From contig CP068257.2 in NCBI GenBank assembly GCA_009914755.4, positions 34,720,001 to 34,784,000 of the forward strand: a DNA stretch of 64,000 bases, given 5' to 3'. This DNA comes from the human T2T-CHM13v2.0 reference genome, Homo sapiens. Below, piece after piece: positions 63,859-64,000 of the stretch. Both the position numbers and the translations under genes were made by a program. How positions within the stretch are numbered: position 1 is the stretch's first letter; each line of letters begins with the position of its first letter. The notes below the pieces were generated by a model. That model was not told the DNA's origin. It searched no databases and saw only the letters and a list, made by a program, of their open reading frames with translations.

Positions 63859-64000
63859 ATGTGTATATATATGTTTTTGTATATATTATATATAATATAT
63901 ACTTTAATATGTTATATATTTATATTATATATAATATATTTTTATATTATACATAATATATATTTTTATATTATACATAATATATATTTTTATATTATAC
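63859..64000. repeat. AT-rich simple repeat including a ~28-bp tandem unit (tttttatattatacataatatata, 3 or more copies); runs to the window edge
   Basis: Direct tandem copies at about 63933, 63961 and 63989. Confidence 0.7.

Overview
This window is human genomic DNA from the chr21q22 MORC3–CHAF1B region, and about 35–40% of it is Alu sequence. The + strand carries the last 14 coding exons of MORC3 (MORC family CW-type zinc finger 3, likely exons 4–17 of 17), starting mid-ATPase domain (…[23 protein letters not shown]…). They include the CW zinc-finger exon ([34 protein letters not shown]), the large 889-nt linker/coiled-coil exon, and the terminal exon (…QMSEISST*) with its 3'UTR and poly(A) signals. 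All junctions were derived by reading codon phase and splice-site motifs directly; every exon joins in frame. An ~8.7 kb Alu/LTR-rich intergenic gap follows. Downstream lies the CpG-island promoter of CHAF1B (CAF-1 p60), its first seven exons, and coding sequence [221 protein letters not shown], continuing past the window end. Two MORC3 introns carry perfect U12-type (minor spliceosome) signals, one AT-AC and one GT-AG. Other points of note: an antisense SVA retrotransposon sits in CHAF1B intron 4, inserted into an Alu with an intact target-site duplication. A Tigger/pogo transposase remnant, old L1 fragments, a MaLR-like LTR, nested Alu-in-Alu insertions with TSDs and several microsatellites are also present. 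No prokaryotic-style or otherwise novel 'system' is present. Most ORFs in the supplied track are translations of Alu, SVA or GC-rich promoter sequence. All repeat boundaries are approximate (about ±10 bp).
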